Shown piece by piece: positions 9,369-19,246 of a stretch of DNA of 64,000 nucleotides. The notes below the pieces were generated by a model, which worked only from the letters and a program-made list of their open reading frames with translations, did no database searches and had not been told where the DNA came from. Origin of the DNA: Candidatus Poribacteria bacterium (GTDB lineage: Bacteria > Poribacteria > WGA-4E > WGA-3G); the NCBI GenBank assembly GCA_965214095.1, contig OZ243938.1, forward strand, positions 1,120,001 to 1,184,000, written 5' to 3'. Each line of letters opens with the position of its first letter. Position 1 is the stretch's first letter. The position numbers and the translations under genes are program-made.

Positions 9369-10683
9369 TGTCTGGGTCTACACCACCAATGAAGTCAACC
9401 TTGTCAAAGAATCCATCGGACGGTATATCGGGTGACATGGAAGATGCTCCAGAACCGGGTGTGAAATCTGGGTTACTCTTATTAAAGGCATCTGCAAGAT
9501 TTGGGTCATTTTCCTTGTTACCTAGACCCGTTGCCCATGCTGCTTCATCAAACCCATCATCATCTTTTTCATCACCGAAGTTTCCTGCACCGTTGGAGAA
9601 GAAGATGCTATTTTTAACGACCAAACCACCATCTTCAGCTTGTTTGTGCGAGGATTCATTATTGATATCCAGACCAACTTTATTAAATCCAACAACAATG
9701 AAATTTGTGTACATACCTGCTGCCCCTTCACGGATCAACATGCCGTTATCACTCTCTGGTCCACTGGGATCACCTACGAGTGTAACATTAGAAATAGTTG
9801 GCGCAGACCGGGGTAATGCTTCGTTGTTCTTGCTGCTGTTGTCATTTTCAAACCCGTTATCAGCGTCGTCACCGTAGTGTTGGGCGACCCAGAATTGACC
9901 TTTACCTGTCCAACCGTCAGTCCAGTCAAACGAATCATCGCGTGCCCCTGTGACGAATGCATATTTTAGGTTGACTGTGCCACCGAACATTTCAATACCA
10001 TCATCTTGGTTCATGTGAACTTGGACATATTCTACGACCGTACCAGAACCGACACCTTGGAATGCGATACCGTTCAGTTCGTTGTCAGGACTAAATTCAA
10101 TACCAGCATATTCAACACGGACATAACGTAACACACCACTACTATCGGCAGGATTATCTCCACCGAATGCTCCCGTGTCACCTTCACCGAAAGTTACACC
10201 TTGGTTTGACGGTGCTCTACCGTTGATGATCAACCCGCCCCATTGTCCACGAGCGCGTGAACCAATGGCTGCATCACTTGTCATAACGATAGGTGCATCG
10301 GCAGTACCGTCTGCCATAAGTTTCCCACCTTGAGAGACGATGAGAGTTCCATTTGTAGCATTTTCACCATATACCACGACACCCGGTTCAATCGTAAGCG
10401 TTACGCCATCTTTAACGAACACTGCATCACGTAACAAATAATCGTAGTCAGATGACAGGGTTCTATCCTCAAGCAGATCTCCTGTAAGGATAACGACTTC
10501 ACGTCCATCAATGGTGATAGTTTCCTCAACGATTGGTTCTGTTACACCAGTATCGTCATCATCTTCACCACATCCGAGCAAAGTTATGGTCAATCCGATT
10601 GTGATAACGACCATTACCTGAAACAAACATCTAAATTTACCTTGTCTCCCAGCGGATCTCAGGATCAACATTATATTTGACAT
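9328..10683 (-). CDS. Acidic beta-helix-type lipoprotein of the family encoded next to TonB-dependent receptors (ElpS/PusD-like)
   Basis: Lipobox LLGC; GQWGGLIING, SGVLRYVRVEYAG, DDGIEMFGG, DDSFDWTDGW. Start taken at the ATG following an AGGAG SD. Confidence 0.75.
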   Translation of the reverse strand: MSNIMLILRSAGRQGKFRCLFQVMVVITIGLTITLLGCGEDDDDTGVTEPIVEETITIDGREVVILTGDLLEDRTLSSDYDYLLRDAVFVKDGVTLTIEPGVVVYGENATNGTLIVSQGGKLMADGTADAPIVMTSDAAIGSRARGQWGGLIINGRAPSNQGVTFGEGDTGAFGGDNPADSSGVLRYVRVEYAGIEFSPDNELNGIAFQGVGSGTVVEYVQVHMNQDDGIEMFGGTVNLKYAFVTGARDDSFDWTDGWTGKGQFWVAQHYGDDADNGFENDNSSKNNEALPRSAPTISNVTLVGDPSGPESDNGMLIREGAAGMYTNFIVVGFNKVGLDINNESSHKQAEDGGLVVKNSIFFSNGAGNFGDEKDDDGFDEAAWATGLGNKENDPNLADAFNKSNPDFTPGSGASSMSPDIPSDGFFDKVDFIGGVDPDSDWTKGWTTSARN

Positions 10684-10931
10684 TAGCTTTACTATGCTCC
10701 TTTTTTCTTTATTAAATCCCACTTACTGTGATGAGTGGTAATTATTATTGCGACCTAACAGACCTATCGATTATTTGGTCGCGACTATAAGTTTCTAACA
10801 CGTTTATTTTACACGTAAATTGTTACAAAATACTCACGATACTTTGACCTTTTTATTGAGAATAACTTTCCTAATTAATAACATGTTAGCAGTATGTTTA
10901 CTGACTAATTGTGATGATCCCATTTAGTAGA

Positions 10932-13832
10932 TTATATGCTATAACTTATCCCGAATGAGAATGACCTTCCAACCCTATATTTAACAGATGTTGCCCCTCC
11001 CTGCTTAAATTCTACAGGTCGGTCAAGTAGATTCTTTGCCGAAACACTAAATTTATATGTGTCAGCAACAGTGCGACTGAAACTCAAATCTAATTCACCA
11101 CGCGGTTGTTCATAAACATCTGGTGCTCCATGGTTTCCTACATCAGAGAGTCTGCGTCCATAAATGTTATATGCTACCGAACTTGATATCCCCCAGTTTG
11201 ACCATTCATAACCGATTGAAACATTCACAATATACGGACACTGTCCTTGTAAAGGTCGCTCAGAAGAGGTCTGGATACCAACGTCCTCAGGAAGCTCAAC
11301 CCTTGAAGAGATAAACGCAGCATTTGTGTTAATTGAAAAAGCACTCAGTTTCTTTGCGATGACACCTAAATTCTGACGTGCTTCAAGTTCCAACCCATAA
11401 TTATGTGCACCCTCAGCATTTGCATAGGTAATGCGAACTTCAGCTTGCGGTTCAATGATCTGTTCAATAGGTTTATGAAACCTTTTGTAAAAAGCACTCA
11501 CTGCTACAACACCGCCTCCTGTTGTATCAGGGAAAACTTCCCAACGGAAATCGTAATTATCAATCAACGTCCGTTCAAGATTGGTATTTCCAAGCACTGT
11601 TCTCCCACCGACAAAATCTGTAAACTCAAAAGGTGCAAGTTCACGTAAGTCGGGACGCGTGACTGTCCGAGATGCGGCGAGTCGTAGATTCATTCTCTCA
11701 GTTAAACGATATGTGATGTTGAGACCCGGAAGGCCATCAGATGTCCTCAAATTTGCTTGGTCTTTCTCCAAAATTACAGTAGAGAATGGGTCGAAAGCTG
11801 TAAGAACCTGGTCTGAATATTCCCATCGCAGACCGGTCATCACCTGCCATTTCTTGCTGATAGGTATATCAAGCATCATGTATCCTGAATAGACACTATG
11901 GTCAGCCTCGTAGTTGTCAGATCGGCGTGTGGACTCACGTAACTCAAAGACACGTGGAACGATGTTGTCGGTTTGGAAAAGGGTTTCTGGTGATGCGGAA
12001 AGATCAACGGATACATCCACGTTGTCTGATGGTAAGAACCTAAATCTTCTGACATCAAAGGCGCGGGATCTATCACGCACAAGACCACCAAATTTGAAAA
12101 AGCCTGTTTTTCTTACAGGTAATGTCCAGTCAATTCGTCCGTTGTAATCATGATCTTCAAGGTTAAAAAAGAACCTACTTCCACTCTGTGAAGAATCTCG
12201 AAAAACGAATGTTCCCTTACCGTTATCTTCATAGATAGTTTCACGAGTATCGGGTTCATAGCGTGCTGCGCGTGAATATGTCAGTCTCCATTCCATAGAA
12301 AGGTCAGATTGGTCGTCTCCCATTGTTAATGCGTCTTTTAGTGCTTCTTCAATAGTCTCATGTCCTTCCTCAACTGAACCGTTCTTGATTTCGGGTTCTC
12401 CGAAATTGAAAGTGTGGTTACCAGCCAATTGTCCCGAAAAGAGTTGACGTTCTACATATTGGAGTCTTGTGCTTTGATATATTGTATTCCTATCGGCATT
12501 ATCTCCTTCCCAAGTTCTCGTTTGGTCTTCTGCCGCGTGTGTTGTAAGTGTACGTAAGCTTAAGAGATGATCTGGTGAGAATCGTAGGCTGGCACTTAAG
12601 ACACTACCCCAATCTACTTCATTTCCGCTCTGTTCAATGCTGTAATCTGTTACTGGTGATAATCTATCATTTAGACCGATTCGGAAATCTCTTCTCTCCT
12701 GTGTGTTATGACTATGACTATTCCCGTAGGAAATTACACCAAGATAACCGAATTCCTTACCGAATATGGTATTGTTATTTCCAAGACTAAATTTATAACC
12801 TTGATTTACTGGTACAGCCTTTCGTTCAGGTGACCACACGTTATCAAATGCGCGTCCGAATTCTTGTATTTCTTCATTTGTAAATCCGGTAGTGGTAAAC
12901 CGTCCTTGTTCACGTATCGGTACTTCGTCTGCCTTTTCTTTTATGATTTCTGGGAGTTTACGGGAACCATCATCAAATCCTAAAAAGTCTAAACTTCCAC
13001 CCGGATATGTCAATCCTTCAGTGCCAGTTGCCTGTGTATTAAAGCCAGTTGATAAAGATAATGACAGGGTTAATGCTTCAGGGAAATCTTTTGTGAAAAC
13101 TTGGACGGAACCGCCTGCAAATCCTCCCGGTTGGTCTGGTGAAAATGTTTTTACGGTTTGCAAGCTTGCGAGGAGACTTGCGGGGAAAATATCCATAGGA
13201 ACAACACGACGATTCGGTTCTGGACTTGGAATCTCAACGTTATTGAGTAGAGTGTTACTATACCTTTCTCCTAATCCACGGACAAATACATACTTTCCAC
13301 CAACAATACTGACACCTGTAACACGTCTGATAGCTTGAGCTGCAGAGGAATCTGGTAAACGACTGATCTCTTCAGTACTGATGCTATCCTCAATGCGAGA
13401 ACTCCGCATCCGTTTTTCAAGTAGACCTCGTTCACCAGATTGACTGAGTCTAACTTTCATTTTAATTATGTCTAATTTCACAACCTGTGGTTCAAGCGTC
13501 ACCTCTAAAGGTTCTGATAAGCCTTCAGCGTTGACATTTACATCAGTAATTACAGCAGCGTCGTAAAAGTGTGTGGAAACCTGAAGTGTATAAGTTCCAA
13601 CTGGCAAATCTAATGAGAAAGCCCCTGTTTCATCAGTCTTTACCTTAATATTTGTGTCTACAACCTTAATGGTCACATCTGCAAGTGGCGTGTCGGAACC
13701 ACTATCAGTAACGACACCTGTAATATTCACAGTCTCTTGTGCTTCTTGTGCTTCTTGTGCATTTGCATACACTGTCAAGACAAGTGTCATACCAAACATT
13801 AATAACAAAAACCTGATGTTAAGACCTTTCAT
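10932..13832 (-). CDS. TonB-dependent receptor with N-terminal carboxypeptidase-regulatory-like domain
   Basis: Start at MKGLNIRF after GAGG; plug motif YVFVRGLGERYSNTLLN; C-terminal GRSFSFGISYSI beta-signal. Confidence 0.92.
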   Translation of the reverse strand: MKGLNIRFLLLMFGMTLVLTVYANAQEAQEAQETVNITGVVTDSGSDTPLADVTIKVVDTNIKVKTDETGAFSLDLPVGTYTLQVSTHFYDAAVITDVNVNAEGLSEPLEVTLEPQVVKLDIIKMKVRLSQSGERGLLEKRMRSSRIEDSISTEEISRLPDSSAAQAIRRVTGVSIVGGKYVFVRGLGERYSNTLLNNVEIPSPEPNRRVVPMDIFPASLLASLQTVKTFSPDQPGGFAGGSVQVFTKDFPEALTLSLSLSTGFNTQATGTEGLTYPGGSLDFLGFDDGSRKLPEIIKEKADEVPIREQGRFTTTGFTNEEIQEFGRAFDNVWSPERKAVPVNQGYKFSLGNNNTIFGKEFGYLGVISYGNSHSHNTQERRDFRIGLNDRLSPVTDYSIEQSGNEVDWGSVLSASLRFSPDHLLSLRTLTTHAAEDQTRTWEGDNADRNTIYQSTRLQYVERQLFSGQLAGNHTFNFGEPEIKNGSVEEGHETIEEALKDALTMGDDQSDLSMEWRLTYSRAARYEPDTRETIYEDNGKGTFVFRDSSQSGSRFFFNLEDHDYNGRIDWTLPVRKTGFFKFGGLVRDRSRAFDVRRFRFLPSDNVDVSVDLSASPETLFQTDNIVPRVFELRESTRRSDNYEADHSVYSGYMMLDIPISKKWQVMTGLRWEYSDQVLTAFDPFSTVILEKDQANLRTSDGLPGLNITYRLTERMNLRLAASRTVTRPDLRELAPFEFTDFVGGRTVLGNTNLERTLIDNYDFRWEVFPDTTGGGVVAVSAFYKRFHKPIEQIIEPQAEVRITYANAEGAHNYGLELEARQNLGVIAKKLSAFSINTNAAFISSRVELPEDVGIQTSSERPLQGQCPYIVNVSIGYEWSNWGISSSVAYNIYGRRLSDVGNHGAPDVYEQPRGELDLSFSRTVADTYKFSVSAKNLLDRPVEFKQGGATSVKYRVGRSFSFGISYSI

Positions 13833-14037
13833 TCTTCCTCTCTTTAGTTCGTTGACTATGATAAACCTTATTATTCTCAAAGCAAAATCCAATGGTAGCA
13901 AAATTTTACCTTCAGAATGCAACAAAATTGTGTTATTTCTTTGGCAAATACAAGAAATTGTTTTTACTTGTTTTTGTTTTATAAATCTGTAATAATTAAA
14001 GATATAAATTGATAGAATTATACGGAAATGTAGAATT

Positions 14038-14613
14038 ATGTTTGCAGAATTGTTGCGTAAAGGCACGCATCTATCAGGATTGATCATTCCAATACTTTAT
14101 TTCTTTCTGGATAAACCTATCATGGTGATAGTTGGCGGCAGTTTATTTTGTATTGCGATTGTTGTAGAATTAGCAAAACGGCTTTTTCCGACTTTCAGTA
14201 ACTACTTTTTTCGCTACCTTAAACCGCTCCTTCGTGTCCATGAACAGAAAGGTGCAATTACTGGCGCAACTTACTATCTCACAAGCATTTTCCTCTGTAT
14301 TCTTATCTTTGACAAACCGATTGCAATAACTTGCATTTTTTTCATCACTCTTGGAGATACAGCAGCAGCACTCGTTGGCAAAAGATGGGGACGGACTAAA
14401 CTCATTGGGAACAAAAGTTTAGAGGGAAGTGCTGCTTGTTTTGTCGTCTGTCTGCTCATTACTCTATTTTCGATTAACCTCATCGTAGGAATTACTGGTG
14501 CATTTTTTGCAACTGTGACAGAACTACTACCACTTCGGATTGACGATAACTTGACCGTTCCACTTATCTCAGGTGCAGTCATGCAGTTAATGGTTAGTAA
14601 TCTTCCATTGTAA
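14038..14613 (+). CDS. Phytol/dolichol/diacylglycerol kinase (CTP-transferase-like) membrane protein
   Basis: ELLRKGTHL, GDTAAALVGKRWG, KSLEGS, DDNLTVP. Confidence 0.85.
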   Translation: MFAELLRKGTHLSGLIIPILYFFLDKPIMVIVGGSLFCIAIVVELAKRLFPTFSNYFFRYLKPLLRVHEQKGAITGATYYLTSIFLCILIFDKPIAITCIFFITLGDTAAALVGKRWGRTKLIGNKSLEGSAACFVVCLLITLFSINLIVGITGAFFATVTELLPLRIDDNLTVPLISGAVMQLMVSNLPL

Positions 14614-14703
14614 TATTGAAGCCTCTCATTATGATACGGTGGTTTAGTCGTATCAATCTACATTCTGGCAAATTAACAAACTCCCACCTAATTGCAATTT
14701 CAC

Positions 14704-14732
14704 TTGACAATTAGCATCATTTCAACTACCTT
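14704..14732 (+). promoter_or_regulatory. Sigma70-type promoter, probably giving a leaderless mRNA
   Basis: TTGACA-17 bp-TACCTT; ATG 7 nt downstream; no SD. Confidence 0.55.
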
Positions 14733-14739
14733 AAATAAT

Positions 14740-15564
14740 ATGTCCAAACAAAACTCAGAGAGACTAAATAGATCGGCAGAGAGTTTCCGCGCACTTGCTG
14801 TTGATATCCCCGAGAATCTTGCAAATATCCGAGTAATTCTTTTTGAACCGCGCGAACCGGGGAATATCGGTTCTGTGGCAAGAGTGGTGAAGGGCATGGG
14901 TTTGTCTGAACTTTTTCTGGTGAATCCAGTGCCGTTTGAGAATGAAGATATAGCATGGAAAATGGCACACGGGGCAAAGGATGTTCTGAAAAACTCTCAC
15001 GTTGTTCCTGAATTGAAAGATGCTCTTGTTGGGATAAAATATCTTGTGGGAACCACGCATCGCCGTCGCGATCCCCGTTTGCCTCCACCTACCACTGCAC
15101 GGGAAGCAGCACACAAAATCGCATCTGTATCACAGGATCAATCTGTTGCACTGCTATTCGGACGCGAGGATTTTGGTCTATCTACTGATCAGTTAAGTCT
15201 TTGTCAGTTGATTGCAAGTGTTCCGATGGCTACCAAAAACCCTTCTCTAAATTTGGCACAAGCTGCACAAATTTTCGCTTATGAAGTATTTATGGCAAGT
15301 TTAGAAGAACATACTCCAGATGATATTGAGTATGCTGAAGTAAATGCGTTGGAAGAATTTTTTGAGCGCGTTACGCGTTTATTGGATAAGGTTGGGGTGA
15401 CACCTTATAATCAGGATTGGGAGACGTATTTGAAATCATTGAGACGTGTGTTTTCACGAGCACCGCTTGAAGAACGAGACATTGCAACGCTTGATATGAT
15501 ATTCTCTACGACTTATCGGCATATTGTACGGTTGGAGAAAAAATTAGAAACAACACAAAATTAG
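14740..15564 (+). CDS. trmJ: SPOUT RNA methyltransferase, TrmJ/LasT family
   Basis: PGNIGSVAR, LLFGREDFGL, PSLNLAQA. Confidence 0.85.
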   Translation: MSKQNSERLNRSAESFRALAVDIPENLANIRVILFEPREPGNIGSVARVVKGMGLSELFLVNPVPFENEDIAWKMAHGAKDVLKNSHVVPELKDALVGIKYLVGTTHRRRDPRLPPPTTAREAAHKIASVSQDQSVALLFGREDFGLSTDQLSLCQLIASVPMATKNPSLNLAQAAQIFAYEVFMASLEEHTPDDIEYAEVNALEEFFERVTRLLDKVGVTPYNQDWETYLKSLRRVFSRAPLEERDIATLDMIFSTTYRHIVRLEKKLETTQN

Positions 15565-15610
15565 CAGACACATGCACAGTGTATCTCCTCACATCGTTAT
15601 GGAGAAAAAC

Positions 15611-17206
15611 ATGAAGACATTCAGCACTTACGGTCCCGTGAATCCTGAAGATCATTATGTTGTCTCACGCGGTGAAGAACTCGTTGATTTCATCAACCGC
15701 GTCAAGTTGGGACGATACATCGTAATATTCGCCCCACGACAGACAGGCAAAACCACATTCTTCCAATGGGCTCTTGATGCACTCACGACTGATACAAAAG
15801 AAACGTACTTCCCTATTGAAATCAACTTTGAAGTGTATGAAAACTATACTGCATTCGATTTTTATGTCTCGTTTTATAAAAGAATTCGCGAGGAAATTGA
15901 ACATATTCTCCAAAACCGGGGTACTATTCCTTCTGCAACACTAATACAGTTGTTAGAGAAAACAAAGGTAAATGATCACGTAACAATGCTGGAATTCTTT
16001 CAAAAGTTCGGAGCTATTCTTGGAGATGAAAAACTTGTCCTTATCATTGACGAATTTGATGGTATTCCCAGTGATGCCGTACGCGGTTTCCTGCACGCAC
16101 TTCGTACTATCTATGTCCAACGTTCAATGCGTGAATGTCCCTTCAGCGTCAGTATTGTAGGTGTGAAAAGCATTACACAACTTAATTTTGACAGATCTAT
16201 TTCACCTTTCAATATCCAGGACGAATTCACATTGCCGAACTTCACTATTGAACAGGTGCGTGAGTTACTCACACAGTGGACAGATGACATCGGTCAACCT
16301 TTCGCGCCTGAGGTAATTGAGAATATTCACAGACAGACTGCCGGACAACCATTTCTCGTCAACCGATTCGCTCAGATACTCACAGAAAAGATGGGCATTC
16401 CGAAAAATGAACCAATCACGATGTCACACTTTTCACAGGCACACATAGAAATCTGTGAAGAAGATAACACAAACCTTACACACCTATTGACCAATATTCG
16501 TAGAAACCCACAGTATAAAAAAACCTTGATGCAAATCGTATCTTATGAAAGGGGCATCCGCTTCAACCCACGCAGTGAAATCATCAGTCAACTGACCACA
16601 CTCGGTGTGATTGGGAAAGCTCAAGATGGAATGTGTCAAATTGTGAATCCCATTTACCAGTACTGTATTCTACAGGCATTCAAACCTGAAATAAATGGAC
16701 TTGAGCAGGACTATCTCCCTGAAGACACTGATTTTCTGGACTATCTGACCCCGGCAGGACAGATTAATATGGAGCGACTCCTTGATAATTTTCAAAGTTT
16801 CATTGCCCGCGTAGGATATAGAATACTCCAAGTCCCAGAAACTCCGAAAGAATTTGTTGGACAAGACCTTCTCTACGCCTATCTTGACCAGTTTGTTAGC
16901 CTGATCCGTGGTGCGATGTTCCTTGAAACACAAACAGGTCGGGGAAGGATGGACATGGTTATCGTTCACAACGGTCACAAGTATATCATTGAAACAAAGA
17001 TCTGGGAGGGAGAACGTTACTATAATGCAGGTAAGAAACAACTTGCCGCATATCTCAAATTAGAACGTGTGCAGGAAGGATATTATATCGTTTTTGATCA
17101 TCGTGCCGAACCGGAAACACGTGTAGAAACTGAAACGGTTGATGAGGTGAGCATTAGAAGTTACGTCATTCCTGTGGTGCAGGAAGTTCCTTCAAATCAG
17201 ACATAG
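15611..17206 (+). CDS. AAA-like P-loop ATPase fused to a C-terminal PD-(D/E)XK nuclease domain
   Basis: Walker A APRQTGKT; Walker B LIIDEFD; GRMDM...IIETK...QLAAY. Start follows a GGAG SD. Confidence 0.85.
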   Translation: MKTFSTYGPVNPEDHYVVSRGEELVDFINRVKLGRYIVIFAPRQTGKTTFFQWALDALTTDTKETYFPIEINFEVYENYTAFDFYVSFYKRIREEIEHILQNRGTIPSATLIQLLEKTKVNDHVTMLEFFQKFGAILGDEKLVLIIDEFDGIPSDAVRGFLHALRTIYVQRSMRECPFSVSIVGVKSITQLNFDRSISPFNIQDEFTLPNFTIEQVRELLTQWTDDIGQPFAPEVIENIHRQTAGQPFLVNRFAQILTEKMGIPKNEPITMSHFSQAHIEICEEDNTNLTHLLTNIRRNPQYKKTLMQIVSYERGIRFNPRSEIISQLTTLGVIGKAQDGMCQIVNPIYQYCILQAFKPEINGLEQDYLPEDTDFLDYLTPAGQINMERLLDNFQSFIARVGYRILQVPETPKEFVGQDLLYAYLDQFVSLIRGAMFLETQTGRGRMDMVIVHNGHKYIIETKIWEGERYYNAGKKQLAAYLKLERVQEGYYIVFDHRAEPETRVETETVDEVSIRSYVIPVVQEVPSNQT

Positions 17207-17350
17207 TGTTTATGCAAGCAAATGTGTGGCGTAACATCCTGTTGGAAGAGCAGATAAGAGATTCTGCTTGAAAATAAAGGTCTACTGACGTATTATATAT
17301 AACACATAGAAAAGTATTAAGATGAAACTCAGAAATTGAAGGTAGCCCTA

Positions 17351-19246
17351 ATGAAAGAAGTTGATGGCAAAGCAAAGACAATACAAGAATTACTTGCTAA
17401 CAAAAAGTACACCCTTGATTACTACCAACGCGAATATAGTTGGCAAACAAAGCATGTAATTGAGTTGATTGATGACCTTGTAAGTAAGTTTTATAGTAGT
17501 TATGAAGATGGACATGATCGATCACAGGTGAGTAATTACAGTCATTACTTTCTTGGGTCAATAATAATTTGTGAACAAAGTACCCAACGATTCATTATTG
17601 ATGGTCAGCAGAGGCTTACAACATTGACTTTGATATTAATAAGACTTCATCAGTTACTTGATGATGAGGATCAGAAGAGTCAAATCGCTCCCCTTATCTT
17701 TTCACAAAGTCTTGGTGAAAAATCATTCAATCTTGATATATCTGATAGAAAGAATATAATGGAAAATCTATATTCAGGTGAATTTTTTAACACCGTTAAC
17801 GAGTCTGAATCGATATGTAATATTGCTGGACGCTATGAAGATATTGAGAACAATCTCAAAATTACAAAAGCAAAACTCCCATATTTCGTTGATTGGATGC
17901 TTGAAAGAGTATATTTTGTTGAAATTACTGCCTACACAGATGACGATGCTTACACTATATTTGAAACGATGAATGACCGAGGATTATCTCTTTCTCCCGC
18001 AGATATGCTTCGAGGATATATCCTGTCAAAGATTTTAGATAATGAGAAAAGAAGTATTACAAATAAAATATGGAGTGAATGTGTTCAAAAAATCAAACAA
18101 TATGGTAAAGAAGAGGAATCAGATACTATAAAAGTTTGGCTGCGAAGTCAATACGCAGAAGATAAGAATAAAGATTTTGATAAGATTGGTTCAGAATTTC
18201 ATCGTTGGGTCCAAAGTAAGGAGGCAGATCTTAGACTGAAGTCAAGTGATGACTATGCGAATTTCATACAAAAGGATTTTTCCTTTTACAGCCATTGGTA
18301 TCTTCAACTGCGAAAAGCCACTAAAGAATTAACTAAGGGTTATGAATGTGTATTTTATAATGCTCAGCATAATTTCACTCTCCAATATCCAGTATTACTT
18401 GCTCCATTATGCATTGATGACAAAGATAACGAAATATTCCGTAAAATACAAATTGTTGCCACATATTTAGATGTTTTTATACAACGTCGTATATGGAATT
18501 ACAGTTCGATTGCTCAAAGAGATCTGAATACGTTAATGTTTTCACTCATGAGAGAGATTCGAGGAAAAAGTGTCAATGATTTAAGAAATCTTCTATTTGA
18601 CAAAATAAATGAAGATTCATCCGATAAACCACCTGAAGGACAAACTTTAGATCTTTTCCCAGAATTTGACTTTGGTTTTGAAAAACCTGTTTCAAAAACT
18701 ACACCTTTTCGACTTCATAGTGGTAATTCTAAACCTGTCCGTCTAATTCTTGCCCGGATTACTGATTATGTTGAGGTTCAGTCTGGCAAAATGTCTCGTT
18801 ACCTTGAATATGTCAGTTCAGGTAACAATAGTTATGAAGTTGAGCATATTTGGTCTAACCATTACGAAAGACACAAGGATGAGTTTTCTCACAAAATTGA
18901 TTTCCAAGACTATCGCAATTGTATTGGTGGATTGATACTACTCCCAAAGAAGGTCAATGCAAGTTTAGGTGACTCTCCCTACAATAAGAAGCGTGAGCAC
19001 TACCTAAGAGAAAACTTACTTGCTCAAAGTTTACATGAAAAGGCATATGAGAACAATCCTGGGTTCATGCAATTCATCAATAAAAGTCAATTGCCTTTCA
19101 AGCCACACAGTGAATTCAAGAAAGTTGACCTTGATACTCGTCAAGACCTTATACAAAACTTGCTGAACAAATCTGGAATCCTGATCGTTTGTTTGAGGAT
19201 AATCTCACAATTTAAGACTGAAGATAATTCAAAATGCGACACATAA
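17351..19246 (+). CDS. DUF262-DUF1524 (GmrSD-like) restriction endonuclease with an apparent 3' frameshift near 19150 (family-like stop at 19215)
   Basis: YQREYSW, DGQQRLTT, FETMNDRG; HNH-type EVEHIW...GGLILLPKKVNAS. Confidence 0.85.
   Translation: MKEVDGKAKTIQELLANKKYTLDYYQREYSWQTKHVIELIDDLVSKFYSSYEDGHDRSQVSNYSHYFLGSIIICEQSTQRFIIDGQQRLTTLTLILIRLHQLLDDEDQKSQIAPLIFSQSLGEKSFNLDISDRKNIMENLYSGEFFNTVNESESICNIAGRYEDIENNLKITKAKLPYFVDWMLERVYFVEITAYTDDDAYTIFETMNDRGLSLSPADMLRGYILSKILDNEKRSITNKIWSECVQKIKQYGKEEESDTIKVWLRSQYAEDKNKDFDKIGSEFHRWVQSKEADLRLKSSDDYANFIQKDFSFYSHWYLQLRKATKELTKGYECVFYNAQHNFTLQYPVLLAPLCIDDKDNEIFRKIQIVATYLDVFIQRRIWNYSSIAQRDLNTLMFSLMREIRGKSVNDLRNLLFDKINEDSSDKPPEGQTLDLFPEFDFGFEKPVSKTTPFRLHSGNSKPVRLILARITDYVEVQSGKMSRYLEYVSSGNNSYEVEHIWSNHYERHKDEFSHKIDFQDYRNCIGGLILLPKKVNASLGDSPYNKKREHYLRENLLAQSLHEKAYENNPGFMQFINKSQLPFKPHSEFKKVDLDTRQDLIQNLLNKSGILIVCLRIISQFKTEDNSKCDT

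Noticed and set aside
13833-14087. Long N-terminal extensions of ORF-track calls (TBDR here; also alaS, ccsA, trmJ, AI-2E, SDR)
   Set aside because: They overlap neighbouring genes, promoters or repeats; downstream starts fit the SD and family N-termini better.
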